Positions 40,078 to 51,289 of a stretch of DNA of 64,000 nucleotides are shown here, in pieces. The notes beneath the pieces are model-generated. The model was not told the DNA's origin. It did not search any database and worked only from the letters and a program-made list of their open reading frames with translations. The translations under genes were made by a program, and so were the position numbers. Every line of letters begins with the position of its first letter. The stretch's first letter is position 1. Source of the stretch: Thermoanaerobaculia bacterium (GTDB lineage: Bacteria; Acidobacteriota; Thermoanaerobaculia; Multivoradales; Multivoraceae); NCBI GenBank assembly GCA_963664405.1, contig OY761158.1, positions 4,320,001 to 4,384,000 on the forward strand, given 5' to 3'.

Positions 40078-41505
40078 ATGTTCTCGATCTCGAAATGCGT
40101 GGTGATCCCGTTTCTCCTCGCAGCTCATAGCCTTGCTCTGCCTGGCTTAGCCATGACCCCATCAGCTCTCGTGGAAGAGCTCTCGGAGTTGGGGCCGCGG
40201 CTTCCAGGAACCGACTCGCATCGGCGGGCGCAGGAGATCCTGTTGCGGGAGATGGCCGTCCTCGGCCTCGAGGTGTCTCGAACGCAGCCCGACCCTGCTC
40301 AGCTCGTCTTCAATCTCGAGGGAGTGCTGGCTGGGACGACGGAGGGCGAAATCGTCATCGGTGCCCACTACGACACGGTCGCGTCGAGCCCCGGTGCTCT
40401 GGATGATGCCTCTGGCTGCGCGGTAGCTCTCGCGGCGCTACAGGAGCTGCGCCGAATGCCGCTGCGCCGTACCTTGCGCGTGGTCTTCTTTGATGCCGAG
40501 GAGCAAGGCCTGCAGGGGAGTCGGCTGTGGGCTTCTTCGCTATCGGAGAAGGAGCGCCAAGGTATTCTCGCCGGAATCGTCCTCGACATGGTCGGTGAAG
40601 AGGGCTCGCGGAGGCCATTGATACTCGATCTGGGCGTCGCCGCTGATGGACCGGGTGCTGGATCGGTCTCGGCCGATCTGGAGTCGGCCGGCCTCGGTCG
40701 AGGGACCAAGTCGCCAGCCTGGCTCGTCCATTCCGCGCTGCGGGCAGGTGAGGCCTCGGGTTTTCCTCTGAGCGTTGCTTCCGCTCGTCAGTCCTTGGCC
40801 ACACAGATCCTGATGCGCTCGGTGACGACACCGTTCAGTTCGGACCGTCGCACCCTCTTGGCTGCCGGAATTCCGGCCGTTCTTCTGAGCGACTTCTCTG
40901 TTCATGCGCCGTCGCGGGTCTATCATGGTGGCGAAGACACTGCACCCCGCTTGAGCGCGCAGCGTCTAGGAAGCTGGTCTCTGACCGTCGCCGCGCTGGT
41001 ACGGCGGCTCGATGCGTTGGAGGGGAGACCGCGGTGGGAGGACGAGTATCTGGTGTGGGCACGGCGAGTCTGGATTCGCCGCGACCTCATGTGGGTCGGT
41101 TTCCTGCTCTGGGTGGCGATGATCTTTCGCATGCGGCCTGGACGCTGGGCCGGCGTGAGCTCGGAGGAGAGGAGGCTCCGGGGGCGCGTCTATCTGCCGG
41201 GTTTTCTCTTTCGGGGCGGCTTCTTGGGGGTGACTCTCTGGTTCCCAGCGGTGGGAGGGCCGCTGATCTATCCCCTTGCGCTCGCGGCTCTCGTGAAGCC
41301 TTCCTCTCCCCGCATGCGAGGCTGGCTGCAGGTCGCGGCCATGGCCCCCACGGCCTTTTGGCTCGGCATGATCTCCGTCGCAGTGATGCGCGGTACGGCG
41401 ACAGCGTACAAGGTGGGCTGGACGAAGACCGGAGCCCTCCTAGTGGTCCTGACCGCCTTCAGTTGGCAGCTATGGCAGGTCGGTAGGCCTTCCTTGTTGA
41501 AGTAA
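40078..41505 (+). CDS. M28-family peptidase with C-terminal membrane segments
   Basis: IGAHYD, GALDDASG, FDAEEQG, LDMVG, YH; hydrophobic C-terminus. Confidence 0.88.
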   Translation: MFSISKCVVIPFLLAAHSLALPGLAMTPSALVEELSELGPRLPGTDSHRRAQEILLREMAVLGLEVSRTQPDPAQLVFNLEGVLAGTTEGEIVIGAHYDTVASSPGALDDASGCAVALAALQELRRMPLRRTLRVVFFDAEEQGLQGSRLWASSLSEKERQGILAGIVLDMVGEEGSRRPLILDLGVAADGPGAGSVSADLESAGLGRGTKSPAWLVHSALRAGEASGFPLSVASARQSLATQILMRSVTTPFSSDRRTLLAAGIPAVLLSDFSVHAPSRVYHGGEDTAPRLSAQRLGSWSLTVAALVRRLDALEGRPRWEDEYLVWARRVWIRRDLMWVGFLLWVAMIFRMRPGRWAGVSSEERRLRGRVYLPGFLFRGGFLGVTLWFPAVGGPLIYPLALAALVKPSSPRMRGWLQVAAMAPTAFWLGMISVAVMRGTATAYKVGWTKTGALLVVLTAFSWQLWQVGRPSLLK

Positions 41506-41549
41506 AAGACATTACAATACGTCGATATTCTGGAGAGAGTGCGCCTGCG

Positions 41550-42233
41550 ATGATCACGGGACACAACACCGAGGTCAAACACGACAATGTAGCCTTCCAT
41601 GTCCAGACGGAGGACAAGGGAGTCGGTGATCCGTACATTGTCAGCCTCATCTATGTAGGGGGGCGGGTGCTCGCGGCGCGGCGGACCAGTTACGCCGAGA
41701 AGCTCGCCGAGGGTCTCGAAGAGCCGGGTATAGCCGAGCTCATAGAGCGTCAGCATCGCACGATGGTGGTCGCCATTCGGCATGGGCGTTTCGACAACGA
41801 GCTCAAGGAGCTCCTCGACAGTGAAGAGCCCGCAGAGGCGGCGCCGGTAGAACAGGACTCGGGCGGCGATGAGACCCTTGAGGACCTTGGTGCTTCCCTC
41901 AACCAGATGGTCTCTCAGTATCTGGGGACCGAGGTTCCGAAGGTCCTCGAAGTGGCGGTTCAGACCTTCTCTCCTCGCCCGAACACGACTGCGATGCAGA
42001 TCGAGTTCAGGGCCTACTCGAGTCCCGGAGGCGCCGCTTTAGAGGACGTCGGAGTCCTGGTAGAGTTGATCTGCATGGTTCGGCCGCCCGAGATGCTGGC
42101 CACCGGAAGCACCGGAGGAGACGGCGCGGTGCTTTTTTCCATTCCAATGCCGGAGGTCGAGGAGGGGATGGCAGCCCTCATTGTCAGGGCTGCGGGTGAG
42201 CTGGGAGAGGCCGAGGAGACGATACTGATTTGA
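41550..42233 (+). CDS. Hypothetical protein
   Basis: Protein-like N-terminal domain (GHNTEVKH...FHVQTEDKG); SD-like GGAGAG. Confidence 0.75.
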   Translation: MITGHNTEVKHDNVAFHVQTEDKGVGDPYIVSLIYVGGRVLAARRTSYAEKLAEGLEEPGIAELIERQHRTMVVAIRHGRFDNELKELLDSEEPAEAAPVEQDSGGDETLEDLGASLNQMVSQYLGTEVPKVLEVAVQTFSPRPNTTAMQIEFRAYSSPGGAALEDVGVLVELICMVRPPEMLATGSTGGDGAVLFSIPMPEVEEGMAALIVRAAGELGEAEETILI

Positions 42234-42475
42234 GCTCGGAGGCGTCAGGGAAGGGAGATCGAATCCGGATTCTGGTCAACGGCGACGAGCTGGAGGTGAA
42301 CGGCGGTTCTTTCGTCGTCGATGTCCTGGCTGCGCTGGATCTCCACCCGCAGACCGTGGCGGTCGAGTACAACGGCAATATCCTCAAACGTTTAGACTAC
42401 TCTTCCACCCAGCTTCAAGCGGCCGATCGGCTCGAGGTCGTCCGTTTCGTCCAGGGCGGAATGGGAGCGAGTTGA
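42230..42475 (+). CDS. thiS: Sulfur carrier protein ThiS
   Basis: ILVNG, VAVEYNG, DRLEVVRFVQGG (plus a short extension MGAS). Confidence 0.85.
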   Translation: MSSEASGKGDRIRILVNGDELEVNGGSFVVDVLAALDLHPQTVAVEYNGNILKRLDYSSTQLQAADRLEVVRFVQGGMGAS

Positions 42476-42500
42476 ATTTTACCAAGGCCATCGCTATAGT
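42472..42500 (+). promoter_or_regulatory. Sigma-70-type promoter of tRNA-Lys/tRNA-Leu
   Basis: TTGAAT-N17-TATAGT followed by a GC-rich discriminator. Confidence 0.65.
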
Positions 42501-42513
42501 CGCCTGTTGCCGC

Positions 42514-42589
42514 GGGCCGCTAGCTCAATTGGCAGAGCAGCAGACTCTTAATCTGCGGGTTCGGGGTTCGATTCCCTGGCGGCTCACCA
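42514..42589 (+). tRNA. tRNA-Lys(CTT)
   Basis: GGGCCGC...GCGGCTC-A-CCA; anticodon arm GCAGA-CT-CTT-AA-TCTGC. Confidence 0.97.
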
Positions 42590-42651
42590 GATCGCTTCCG
42601 GGTTTTACAACCTTCCTGAACAGCAGACGATCGAAGACTTGTCCCGTCCCC

Positions 42652-42738
42652 GCGAAAGTGGCGGAATCGGTATACGCGCTAGACTTAGGATCTAGTCCCG
42701 CTTGCGGGTTGGGGGTTCGAGTCCCCCCTTTCGCACCA
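42652..42738 (+). tRNA. tRNA-Leu(TAG)
   Basis: GCGAAAG...CTTTCGC-A-CCA; CTAGA-CT-TAG-GA-TCTAG; long variable arm. Confidence 0.96.
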
Positions 42739-42746
42739 TCGCCCCA

Positions 42747-44015
42747 ATGAGTGTAGTTAGCTCCATCGAGAACCTAGGCCCCTGTCTCAAGCGTGTTGAG
42801 ATCGAGGTGCCGGCTCCGGCCGTCGACGCCGAGACGATGCGAGTAGTTCGGGACTATGGCCGTAACGTCCGAATCCCGGGCTTTCGTAAGGGAAAAGTGC
42901 CCGCCAATCTGGTGCAGCAGCGCTTTCGTGGCGAGATCGAAAAGGAGGTACTGGACCGTCTCGTGCCTCGCTATTGGAAACAGGCCGAGGCGGAAGCCTC
43001 TCTGGAGCCGTTGTTGCCCCCTAGCGTGGGAGATGTCGAACTGCAGAAGGGAGAGCCGCTCACTTTTACCGCCACGGTGGAGGTCAGGCCGGAGCTCGAG
43101 CTTGGCGACCTCGATCACTTTGAGCTGCCGAACACCGAGACCGAGCCCACCGCGGACGAGGTCGACGAAGCCCTTGGCAACCTACAGTCTCAGGTCGGCG
43201 AGTGGGTGGAGACCGACCGTGCGGCGGTCCGCGGCGACCTGGTATCGATGGAGAGTCAAGAGCTCGATGACGAGGGAGAGGCGCTGCAGGAGACCCAGAG
43301 CCTGGATGTGGAGGTCGGCAGCCCGCGGGTATGGGAGGAGTTGTCGCTTGCCTTGACGGGCCTCGAAGCCGGCCAGGAGAGCGAGTTCAGACGCCAGGAG
43401 GAAGTCGACGGCGAAACCAGGGTCAGACACTTCCGGGTCAAGGCCGGGGTGGTCAAAGAAAAGGACTTGCCGCCTCTCGACGACGAATTTGCGGCCAAGC
43501 TGGGAGAGTTCGAGAACCTCGAGGCTTTGCGAGACCACGTGGAAGAACGACTGCGGGTCGAGAAGCGCGACCATGCACAGAATGAGAAAGAGCAGGCGGT
43601 TCTAGAGCAACTTCGCGATCGCCACCCTCTCGAGCTGCCGCGCGGGGTCGTCGAAGAGGAGACACGCCATCTCTTGCAGGAGTATGCGGAGAGTCTTGGG
43701 CACCAGGGCGTCGAGCTGGAGAAGGCCAAGATAGACTGGGAAGGGCTGGCTCAAGAGGTTCGACCGCAGGCCGAGAGACGAGTGCACGTGCGGTTGCTTC
43801 TCGATGCCGTCGCGGACAATGACGATATTCAAGTCGAGCCGGAGGAGTTCGAGGCTCGGCTGGCCGAGCTTGCCAAAGCGCAGGGGCAGACTACCAGTGC
43901 TATTCGAGCGGCCCTCGGAAAAAGTGGGCAGCTCGAGAGCATGGGCCGGCAGATGCGTCGAAGGAAGACCATAGACAGACTTCTCGCCGCCGGTGCCGCG
44001 GCCGAGGGCGATTGA
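42747..44015 (+). CDS. tig: Trigger factor
   Basis: IPGFRKGKVP signature; precedes clpP. Confidence 0.95.
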   Translation: MSVVSSIENLGPCLKRVEIEVPAPAVDAETMRVVRDYGRNVRIPGFRKGKVPANLVQQRFRGEIEKEVLDRLVPRYWKQAEAEASLEPLLPPSVGDVELQKGEPLTFTATVEVRPELELGDLDHFELPNTETEPTADEVDEALGNLQSQVGEWVETDRAAVRGDLVSMESQELDDEGEALQETQSLDVEVGSPRVWEELSLALTGLEAGQESEFRRQEEVDGETRVRHFRVKAGVVKEKDLPPLDDEFAAKLGEFENLEALRDHVEERLRVEKRDHAQNEKEQAVLEQLRDRHPLELPRGVVEEETRHLLQEYAESLGHQGVELEKAKIDWEGLAQEVRPQAERRVHVRLLLDAVADNDDIQVEPEEFEARLAELAKAQGQTTSAIRAALGKSGQLESMGRQMRRRKTIDRLLAAGAAAEGD

Positions 44016-44028
44016 GCGGGAGTTCTAG

Positions 44029-44613
44029 ATGCTTGTACCGATGGTTGTAGAGCAGACGAACCGCGGAGAGCGGGCGTACGATATCTATTCTCGTCTTCTC
44101 AAAGACAACATCATTTTTGTCGGGCGAGCGATCGACGACGAGGTCGCGAATCTGGTGATAGCCCAGATGCTCTTTCTCGAAGTCGTGAACCCGGAGAGGG
44201 ATATCGCGCTCTATATCAATTCACCGGGGGGCTCGATCACCGCCGGCTTCGCCATCTACGACACGATGCAGTATGTGAAGCCCGACGTGTCTACACTCTG
44301 CGTCGGGCAGGCCGCTTCTTTTGCCGCCGTGCTCCTGGCGGGCGGCACGAAAGGAAAGCGATCCGTGCTCCCGAATTCGCGGGTTTTGATCCACCAGCCC
44401 TGGGTGCACAACCTGGGCGGACAAGAAACCGACATCGCGATCCAGGCGCAGGATCTTCAGCGGATGCGCGATCGTCTCGATGAGATCCTCGCGCTCCATA
44501 GTGGTAAAGAGAAGGAGGAGGTGCACCTCGACACCGAGCGTGACCGCATCCTCACTGCGGAAGAGGCTGTGACCTACGGCCTCGCAGACCAGGTAATGAA
44601 GTCGCGAAAGTGA
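44029..44613 (+). CDS. clpP: ATP-dependent Clp protease proteolytic subunit
   Basis: [28 protein letters not shown]. Confidence 0.98.
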   Translation: MLVPMVVEQTNRGERAYDIYSRLLKDNIIFVGRAIDDEVANLVIAQMLFLEVVNPERDIALYINSPGGSITAGFAIYDTMQYVKPDVSTLCVGQAASFAAVLLAGGTKGKRSVLPNSRVLIHQPWVHNLGGQETDIAIQAQDLQRMRDRLDEILALHSGKEKEEVHLDTERDRILTAEEAVTYGLADQVMKSRK

Positions 44614-44660
44614 ACGGCTAGGAATAGGTGGAGGTGCCGGGACGGTTGTAACAAACGGAT

Positions 44661-44690
44661 TTGACACCAAGCGGGCTTGCCGCCTAGCAT
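44661..44690 (+). promoter_or_regulatory. Sigma-70-type promoter of clpX
   Basis: TTGACA-N18-TAGCAT. Confidence 0.5.
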
Positions 44691-44720
44691 GCGTTTGATC
44701 CCTTCCGACCGGAAGTCTAA

Positions 44721-45959
44721 ATGGCGAAAAAGGAAACCGGAGACGAGGCTCTACGTTGCTCTTTTTGTAATAAGAGCCAGCGAGAGGTGAAGAAACTCAT
44801 CGCCGGTCCGACGGTCTTCATCTGCGACGAGTGTGTCGACATCTGCCTCGACATCATCGCCGAGGATCGCATGCTCGAGCAGCAGCAGGATACGAATCTG
44901 CCCAAGCCGCAAGAGATCAAGGCGCTACTCGACGACTACGTGATCGGCCAGGAGCAGGCCAAGAAGAAGCTCGCGGTCGCGGTCTACAACCACTACAAGC
45001 GCATCGACTTCGTAGAGAAGGCGCGAACCGATGTCGAGTTGCAGAAGTCCAATATCCTTTTGATCGGTCCTACCGGGACCGGCAAGACCCTGCTGGCGCA
45101 GACTCTGGCCAAACTCCTCAGCGTTCCCTTCACCATCGCCGATGCAACCACGCTGACCGAGGCTGGCTACGTGGGAGAGGACGTCGAGAACATCATCCTC
45201 AAGCTCTATCAGGCGTCGGGGAACGATAAAGACAAGACGCAGCGCGGCATCGTCTACATCGACGAGGTCGACAAGATCTGCCGCAAGGGCGACAACCCTT
45301 CGATCACCCGAGACGTATCCGGCGAGGGTGTGCAGCAGGCTCTGCTCAAGATTCTCGAAGGAACTCAGTGTAACGTTCCGCCCCAGGGTGGGCGCAAGCA
45401 CCCGCACCAGGAATTTCTTCAGATCGACACGACCAATATTCTGTTCATCTGTGGTGGTGCCTTCGTCGGCCTGGAGGAGCAGATCGAGCGGCGGCTCAAC
45501 GAAAAGACGATGGGGTTTGGAGCCGAGATCATCGGTCGCTCGGATCGGATCCAAGGTGCCCTTCTGGAGTTCGCCAGGCCGGAGGACATGATCAAGTACG
45601 GGCTCATCCCGGAGTTCGTCGGGCGTCTGCCCGTTGTCGCCACCCTCGAGCAACTCGACCAGGAAGCCTTGGTAAGAATCCTCACAGAGCCGAAGAACAG
45701 TCTTGTCCGCCAGTACACGACGATGTTCGAGATGGAAGATGTAAAGCTGCTCTTTACCGACGAGGCGCTGGAATCGATTGCAGCAGAGGCGATCACCAGA
45801 ACTGTCGGCGCTCGCGGCCTACGCATCATCCTCGAAGAGCTGATGCTTGACCTGATGTACCGGATTCCCTCTCAGTCGGATATCCAGGAGTGTTTGATCA
45901 CCGACGAGGTGGTCAAGAATCGCGCGCAGCCCATCACTTCCTTCAAGAAGGCCGGCTGA
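44721..45959 (+). CDS. clpX: Clp protease ATP-binding subunit ClpX
   Basis: CSFC zinc finger, [26 protein letters not shown]. Confidence 0.98.
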   Translation: MAKKETGDEALRCSFCNKSQREVKKLIAGPTVFICDECVDICLDIIAEDRMLEQQQDTNLPKPQEIKALLDDYVIGQEQAKKKLAVAVYNHYKRIDFVEKARTDVELQKSNILLIGPTGTGKTLLAQTLAKLLSVPFTIADATTLTEAGYVGEDVENIILKLYQASGNDKDKTQRGIVYIDEVDKICRKGDNPSITRDVSGEGVQQALLKILEGTQCNVPPQGGRKHPHQEFLQIDTTNILFICGGAFVGLEEQIERRLNEKTMGFGAEIIGRSDRIQGALLEFARPEDMIKYGLIPEFVGRLPVVATLEQLDQEALVRILTEPKNSLVRQYTTMFEMEDVKLLFTDEALESIAAEAITRTVGARGLRIILEELMLDLMYRIPSQSDIQECLITDEVVKNRAQPITSFKKAG

Positions 45960-46000
45960 TCGGCGAGCGCCGGTAGCCGTCTCTCCCACGAGCTTTTTTT

Positions 46001-48412
46001 ATGTCCTCTTTTATTACAACAGCCCGCGACATCTATCCAGTTGTACCTCTGCGCGACATGGTCGTCTTTCCCCACATGATGGCGCCCTTCATTATCGGCC
46101 GTGAGGGCTCGGTGACGGCGCTCGAGAGGACCCTGGGACGCAGCGATCGACACATTTTCCTGGTTACCCAGAGAGACCCCAAAGTCGACGACCCTGGCGC
46201 CGAAGATCTTTACGAGATTGGGTCGGTAGCCCGTGTGGTCCAGAATCTGAAGCTGCCGAACGGCAACGTCAAGGTCATGGTCGAGGGGGTGTGCCGCGGA
46301 CGCCTGCTCGATCTCACAGCGGTCGAGGACTCCTTCGATGCCGAAGTCGAGACCTTCGACGTCGAGTACCCCGTTGGTGAGAAGGTCCAGATGTACATGA
46401 GCAAGGTGCTCAGCGCCTTCGAGCAGTACGCAAAGATGTCTCATCACATGGGCTATGAGAATCTGGTCTCCACTCTCCGACAGGACGATCCTGACCACTT
46501 CTGCGATGTTCTTGCTGCCCACGTGATGGTGCCGACTCACGAGAAGCAGTCTCTTCTCGAGCAGCTCAACCCCTATGAGCGCCTCCAGCGCCTGCAGGAT
46601 CTGATCGACATGGAAGTCGAAAAGATCAATATCGACAAGCGCATCAACACGCAAGTCAAGAAGCAGATGGAGCGTGCGCAGAAGGAGTACTACCTCAACG
46701 AGAAGGTAAAGGCGATCCACGATGAGCTGGGTCGCAAGGACGATCGCACCGACGAGCTCGAGCAGCTGAAGGAGAAGATCGAAGAGGTCGGACTTCCCAA
46801 AGACGTCAAGGAGAAGGCGGACCAGGAGATCAAGCGACTCGAGGCGATGCCGCCGGTGTCAGCCGAGGCGACGGTGTCGCGTAACTACATCGACTGGCTG
46901 GTCTCGGTGCCTTGGAAGAAGGCCAGCCGTGAGCTGCGCGACCTCGACCGGGCGGAGAAGATCCTGAACGAGGATCACTTCGGGCTCGACAAGATCAAAG
47001 AGCGCATTCTCGAGTTTCTGGCAGTACGGCAACTGACCCGTAAGACGCAGAGCTCGATCATTTGCTTCGTGGGTCCCCCCGGAGTGGGGAAGTCATCGCT
47101 CGCGAAGTCCATTGCGCGCGCCACCGGTCGCAAGTTCGTGCGCCTCTCTCTCGGCGGAGTTCGAGATGAGGCCGAAATTCGAGGCCATCGCCGCACTTAT
47201 ATCGGCGCCTTCCCCGGCCAGATCATTCAGATGATGAAGAGAGCCGGCACCGTTAACCCGGTCTTCCTCCTCGACGAGATCGAGAAGATGTCGATGGATT
47301 TTCGTGGCGACCCCTCGGCGGCACTGCTCGAAGTTCTCGATCCTGAGCACAACAGCACTTTTCACGACCACTATCTCGACGTGGACTACGACCTCTCCAA
47401 GGTGATGTTCATCGCTACGGCGAACGTGATGCACACCGTCCCGCCGGCGTTGCGGGATCGGATGGAGATCATCCAGCTGTCGGGCTACACCCAGCAGGAG
47501 AAGCTCGCAATCGCGCAGGGTTTTCTGGTGCCTCGACAGATCAAGGCTCACGGATTGAAGGCCGATCGCATCGTTGTCGATGACGGGGCGGTAAAGAGCG
47601 TGATCGAGGGCTTCACTCGTGAGGCCGGTGTGCGCAGCCTAGAGAGAGAGATAGGAGCCATCTGTCGCAAGGTTGCTCGCAGAGTGGTCAAGGAAGGCAA
47701 GAAGCTGAAGCTCGCGGTTGACCCCGATGTGGTTACCGAGCTTCTCGGTAAGCCTCGTTTTCGGCTGCGTCGTATGCTGGACGATTCCGAGGTGGGTGTA
47801 GCGACCGGTCTGGCCTGGACCGAGGCCGGGGGAGAGCTGCTCGAGAGCGAAGTCGGGTTGATGAAAGGAAAGGGCAAGCTCACGCTTACCGGCAAGCTTG
47901 GTGAGGTGATGCAGGAGTCCGCGCAAGCTGCCGTCACCTACACACGCAGTCGCGCCGCCCTCCTAGGTCTCGATCACGACTTCCACGAGCGACAAGACAT
48001 CCACATCCATGTTCCGGAAGGCGCCATTCCGAAAGACGGCCCTTCGGCCGGAATCACCATGGCCACAGCTTTGATATCGGCTCTGCTCGAGAAACCGGTC
48101 CGCAAGGACATCGCCATGACCGGTGAGATTACGCTTCGCGGCAAGGTCCTTCCTGTCGGTGGCGTCAAAGACAAGGCCCTTGCGGCCTACCGGGCGGGTA
48201 TCCACCAGTTGATCCTGCCTCGCGAGAACGAAAAGGACCTCGACGACATCCCGGAGGAGATCCGTGATGTAATGAAGGTCCACTTAGTGGACTCGATGGA
48301 CGAAGTGCTTCGGATTGCGGTCGACCACGAGTTCGCACCTTTGGTTAAAACTCGGAGTGGTCTTGAGAAGGCACCTTCGGAGCCGCCTGTAGAACCTGGT
48401 TCCCTGAACTAG
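46001..48412 (+). CDS. lon: Lon protease
   Basis: [24 protein letters not shown]. Confidence 0.98.
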   Translation: MSSFITTARDIYPVVPLRDMVVFPHMMAPFIIGREGSVTALERTLGRSDRHIFLVTQRDPKVDDPGAEDLYEIGSVARVVQNLKLPNGNVKVMVEGVCRGRLLDLTAVEDSFDAEVETFDVEYPVGEKVQMYMSKVLSAFEQYAKMSHHMGYENLVSTLRQDDPDHFCDVLAAHVMVPTHEKQSLLEQLNPYERLQRLQDLIDMEVEKINIDKRINTQVKKQMERAQKEYYLNEKVKAIHDELGRKDDRTDELEQLKEKIEEVGLPKDVKEKADQEIKRLEAMPPVSAEATVSRNYIDWLVSVPWKKASRELRDLDRAEKILNEDHFGLDKIKERILEFLAVRQLTRKTQSSIICFVGPPGVGKSSLAKSIARATGRKFVRLSLGGVRDEAEIRGHRRTYIGAFPGQIIQMMKRAGTVNPVFLLDEIEKMSMDFRGDPSAALLEVLDPEHNSTFHDHYLDVDYDLSKVMFIATANVMHTVPPALRDRMEIIQLSGYTQQEKLAIAQGFLVPRQIKAHGLKADRIVVDDGAVKSVIEGFTREAGVRSLEREIGAICRKVARRVVKEGKKLKLAVDPDVVTELLGKPRFRLRRMLDDSEVGVATGLAWTEAGGELLESEVGLMKGKGKLTLTGKLGEVMQESAQAAVTYTRSRAALLGLDHDFHERQDIHIHVPEGAIPKDGPSAGITMATALISALLEKPVRKDIAMTGEITLRGKVLPVGGVKDKALAAYRAGIHQLILPRENEKDLDDIPEEIRDVMKVHLVDSMDEVLRIAVDHEFAPLVKTRSGLEKAPSEPPVEPGSLN

Positions 48413-48537
48413 TCAGGCGTTTTTTTCGGGCCGCGGATTCGCCGTGGTCTTTCCCATGAGTAAGTTGTTGGAGAGCGTCGAGGGACGCCACTGCTGATTC
48501 GCTGCGATGGGCGGGGAGAGCTTGGTGGTTTGCACTC

Positions 48538-49119
48538 GTGAAAGTTCAGAATGCTGAATTCATCAGATCGGCCTTCGGAGTCAAGGACTTCTTCCGCGAT
48601 GGGCGGCCCTCCGTTGCCTTTGTCGGACGCTCCAACGTGGGGAAGTCGAGCCTCCTCAATGCCCTTCTCGGCGGGCGCAAGCTGGCGCGGACGAGCTCCA
48701 CACCGGGACGGACGCGCTCGGTCAATTACTTCCTGGTCAATCGGCGTTTATACTTCGTCGATCTGCCGGGATATGGCTATGCCCGTGCGCCTCGTGGAGA
48801 GAGAAAAAAGTGGGCGGACATCGCAGAGCTCTACTTTCGTGAGGCAGCGGCCGGCACCCGCGTGGTTCTGCTCGTCGATGGTTTGGTCGGTGCCACAGCC
48901 CTCGACGTCCAAGCGCTCGAGTATCTACTCGATCTGGAGCTGAGTGTGATCGTTGCTGCTACTAAAATCGACAAGGTCAAGCGGAGTCAGCGGACTAAGA
49001 AGCATCGGGAGGTTTCCGAAGTGCTTGGCTTGCCCGACGGGGTGCCGTTGGTGGCGGTTTCGGCCCGCTCCGGCGAGGGATTCTCGGCGCTCTGGAAGGA
49101 GATAGAGGTGATCCGATGA
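48538..49119 (+). CDS. engB: GTP-binding protein EngB/YihA
   Basis: [24 protein letters not shown]. Confidence 0.95.
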   Translation: MKVQNAEFIRSAFGVKDFFRDGRPSVAFVGRSNVGKSSLLNALLGGRKLARTSSTPGRTRSVNYFLVNRRLYFVDLPGYGYARAPRGERKKWADIAELYFREAAAGTRVVLLVDGLVGATALDVQALEYLLDLELSVIVAATKIDKVKRSQRTKKHREVSEVLGLPDGVPLVAVSARSGEGFSALWKEIEVIR

Positions 49120-50441
49120 CAGAGGTCACAAGTGAGGAAAAGATGGACAAGACTCAAACACAGATACGAGAGGACCACGAGCGCGACCGCCAGTCGCTTG
49201 ACATCAGGGCGCTCAAGGACATGGTCATCGCGGACCTCACCCAGATCGCGAAAGATCTCGAAGTCGAGGGCGCGGCGGGGCTGCGCAAACAGGAGCTGAT
49301 CTTCAAGATCCTGCAGGCTCAGACCGAGAAAAGTGGTCTCATCTTCGCCGAGGGCGTACTCGAGTGTCTTCCGGATGGTTTCGGTTTCTTGCGCGCGCCG
49401 GAGTACAACTATCTTCCCGGTCCGGACGACATCTATGTGAGTCCGAGCCAGATTCGGCGTTTCGACCTGCGCACCGGAGACACGGTGTCGGGGCAGGTCA
49501 GGCAGCCGAAGGACGGAGAGCGGTACTTCGCCCTGATCAAGGTCGAGGCCGTCAACTTCGAGCACCCCGACGTATCTCGCAACAAGATCTTCTTCGACAA
49601 CCTGACCCCTCTCTACCCTGAAGAGCGGATCACTCTCGAGGTCGCGGGGGATATGTCATCACGCGTCATGGATCTGGCCACGCCGATGGGCAAAGGCCAG
49701 CGTGCGCTCATCGTCGCCCCTCCGCGGACCGGCAAGACCATGCTGCTGCAATCGATCGCTCGATCCGTCGCCACCAATCATCCGGAGGTCGTGCTCATCG
49801 TCCTCCTGATCGACGAGCGGCCGGAAGAGGTGACCGACATGGAACGTTCGGTGCAGGGCGAGGTGGTTTCGTCGACCTTCGACGAGCCTGCCACCCGTCA
49901 CGTCCAAGTGGCCGAGATGGTGATCGAGAAGGCGAAGCGTCTGGTCGAGCACAAGCGAGACGTCGTCATCCTCCTCGATTCGATTACCCGCCTGGCGCGC
50001 GCATACAACACCGTCCAACCGCCGTCAGGCAAGGTGCTCTCCGGCGGTATCGATGCCAACGCGCTGCATCGGCCGAAGCGCTTCTTCGGAGCTGCCCGTA
50101 ACATCGAGGACGGGGGCTCGTTGACCATCATCGCCACCGCTCTGGTCGACACCGGAAGCCGCATGGACGACGTTATCTTCGAGGAGTTCAAGGGCACAGG
50201 CAACTGCGAGATCCATCTCGACCGTAAGCTGGTCGACAGGAGGGTTTTCCCTGCCATCGACATCAACAAGTCTGGTACTCGCAAAGAAGAGCTGCTCATG
50301 CCTAAAGATGAGCTGCGCCGTGTGTGGGTCTTGCGCAAAGTGCTGAACCCGCTCTCCACGACGGAGAGCTTGGAGCTCCTCTTGGACAAGCTCGCGAAGA
50401 CCGAGAAGAACCAGGACTTCCTCGGCGCGATGTCGAAGTAG
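49116..50441 (+). CDS. rho: Transcription termination factor Rho
   Basis: [37 protein letters not shown]. Confidence 0.98.
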   Translation: MTEVTSEEKMDKTQTQIREDHERDRQSLDIRALKDMVIADLTQIAKDLEVEGAAGLRKQELIFKILQAQTEKSGLIFAEGVLECLPDGFGFLRAPEYNYLPGPDDIYVSPSQIRRFDLRTGDTVSGQVRQPKDGERYFALIKVEAVNFEHPDVSRNKIFFDNLTPLYPEERITLEVAGDMSSRVMDLATPMGKGQRALIVAPPRTGKTMLLQSIARSVATNHPEVVLIVLLIDERPEEVTDMERSVQGEVVSSTFDEPATRHVQVAEMVIEKAKRLVEHKRDVVILLDSITRLARAYNTVQPPSGKVLSGGIDANALHRPKRFFGAARNIEDGGSLTIIATALVDTGSRMDDVIFEEFKGTGNCEIHLDRKLVDRRVFPAIDINKSGTRKEELLMPKDELRRVWVLRKVLNPLSTTESLELLLDKLAKTEKNQDFLGAMSK

Positions 50442-50455
50442 GTCGGTCGGGTTAG

Positions 50456-51289
50456 ATGCTGAAGGTCGGCATTGTCGATTTTCTCAACTCCCGGCCTTTG
50501 GCCTGGAGTTTTTTGGCAGGCGACTTCGAGGATCTCTTCTCGGCCGTGTACACATCGCCGGCTCGGGTCGCGGAGCTGCTGGCCGAAGGCGAGATCGACA
50601 TCGGGCTCGTCCCGAGCATTGAAGTGCTCCGCATCCCCGACCTCGAGATCCTGCCAGGACCCTGCGTTGCGGCGACGCGGGAAGTGCGCAGCGTCCTGTT
50701 GCTCTCGCGTGGCCCACTTGCCGAGGCTCAGCGCATCGCGGTCGATACCAGTAGCCGGACTTCGGTAGCCTTGCTGCACATTCTGCTCGCCGAGCTCTAC
50801 CATCTCGAGATCGAGCTCGAACCTGCTCCGCCTTGCGCCGCCGGTGTACCTCCTGGTTACGACGGGGCGCTGATCATCGGCGATCCGGCGCTCAAGGTCG
50901 ATCGGCGGCTCTTCGAGGTGGTGGACCTGGCGGCGGCGTGGCGGGAGCTGACCGGTCTGCCCTTCGTCTTTGCCGTGTGGGCGGTGAGACGGGAGAAGAG
51001 GAAGCCGGGAATCGAGCAGTACTTTGAGCGCAGCTTGACGGCAGGGCTCGCTGCTCTCGAGCGGATCGGCGAAGAAGCGGCCGCCGAGCAGGGGCTACCC
51101 CTCGCCGACGTTCACCGGTACCTCCGTCAGAATCTTCGCTTTCGGCTCGATGTGGAAGAGATCAGTGGCTTGCGAGAGTTCTTTCGACGCGCCTCGGAGC
51201 ACGGCCTGACCAGCGAAGATCTGCCTGCCACGATACCTTGCTATCCAGTCGAGCCTTCCGTAGAGTCTTCGCGTGACGCGCATGACTGA
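50456..51289 (+). CDS. mqnA: Chorismate dehydratase (futalosine pathway)
   Basis: FLNSRPL, VRSV, SRTS, LIIGDPAL, TGLPFVFAVW. Confidence 0.93.
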   Translation: MLKVGIVDFLNSRPLAWSFLAGDFEDLFSAVYTSPARVAELLAEGEIDIGLVPSIEVLRIPDLEILPGPCVAATREVRSVLLLSRGPLAEAQRIAVDTSSRTSVALLHILLAELYHLEIELEPAPPCAAGVPPGYDGALIIGDPALKVDRRLFEVVDLAAAWRELTGLPFVFAVWAVRREKRKPGIEQYFERSLTAGLAALERIGEEAAAEQGLPLADVHRYLRQNLRFRLDVEEISGLREFFRRASEHGLTSEDLPATIPCYPVEPSVESSRDAHD

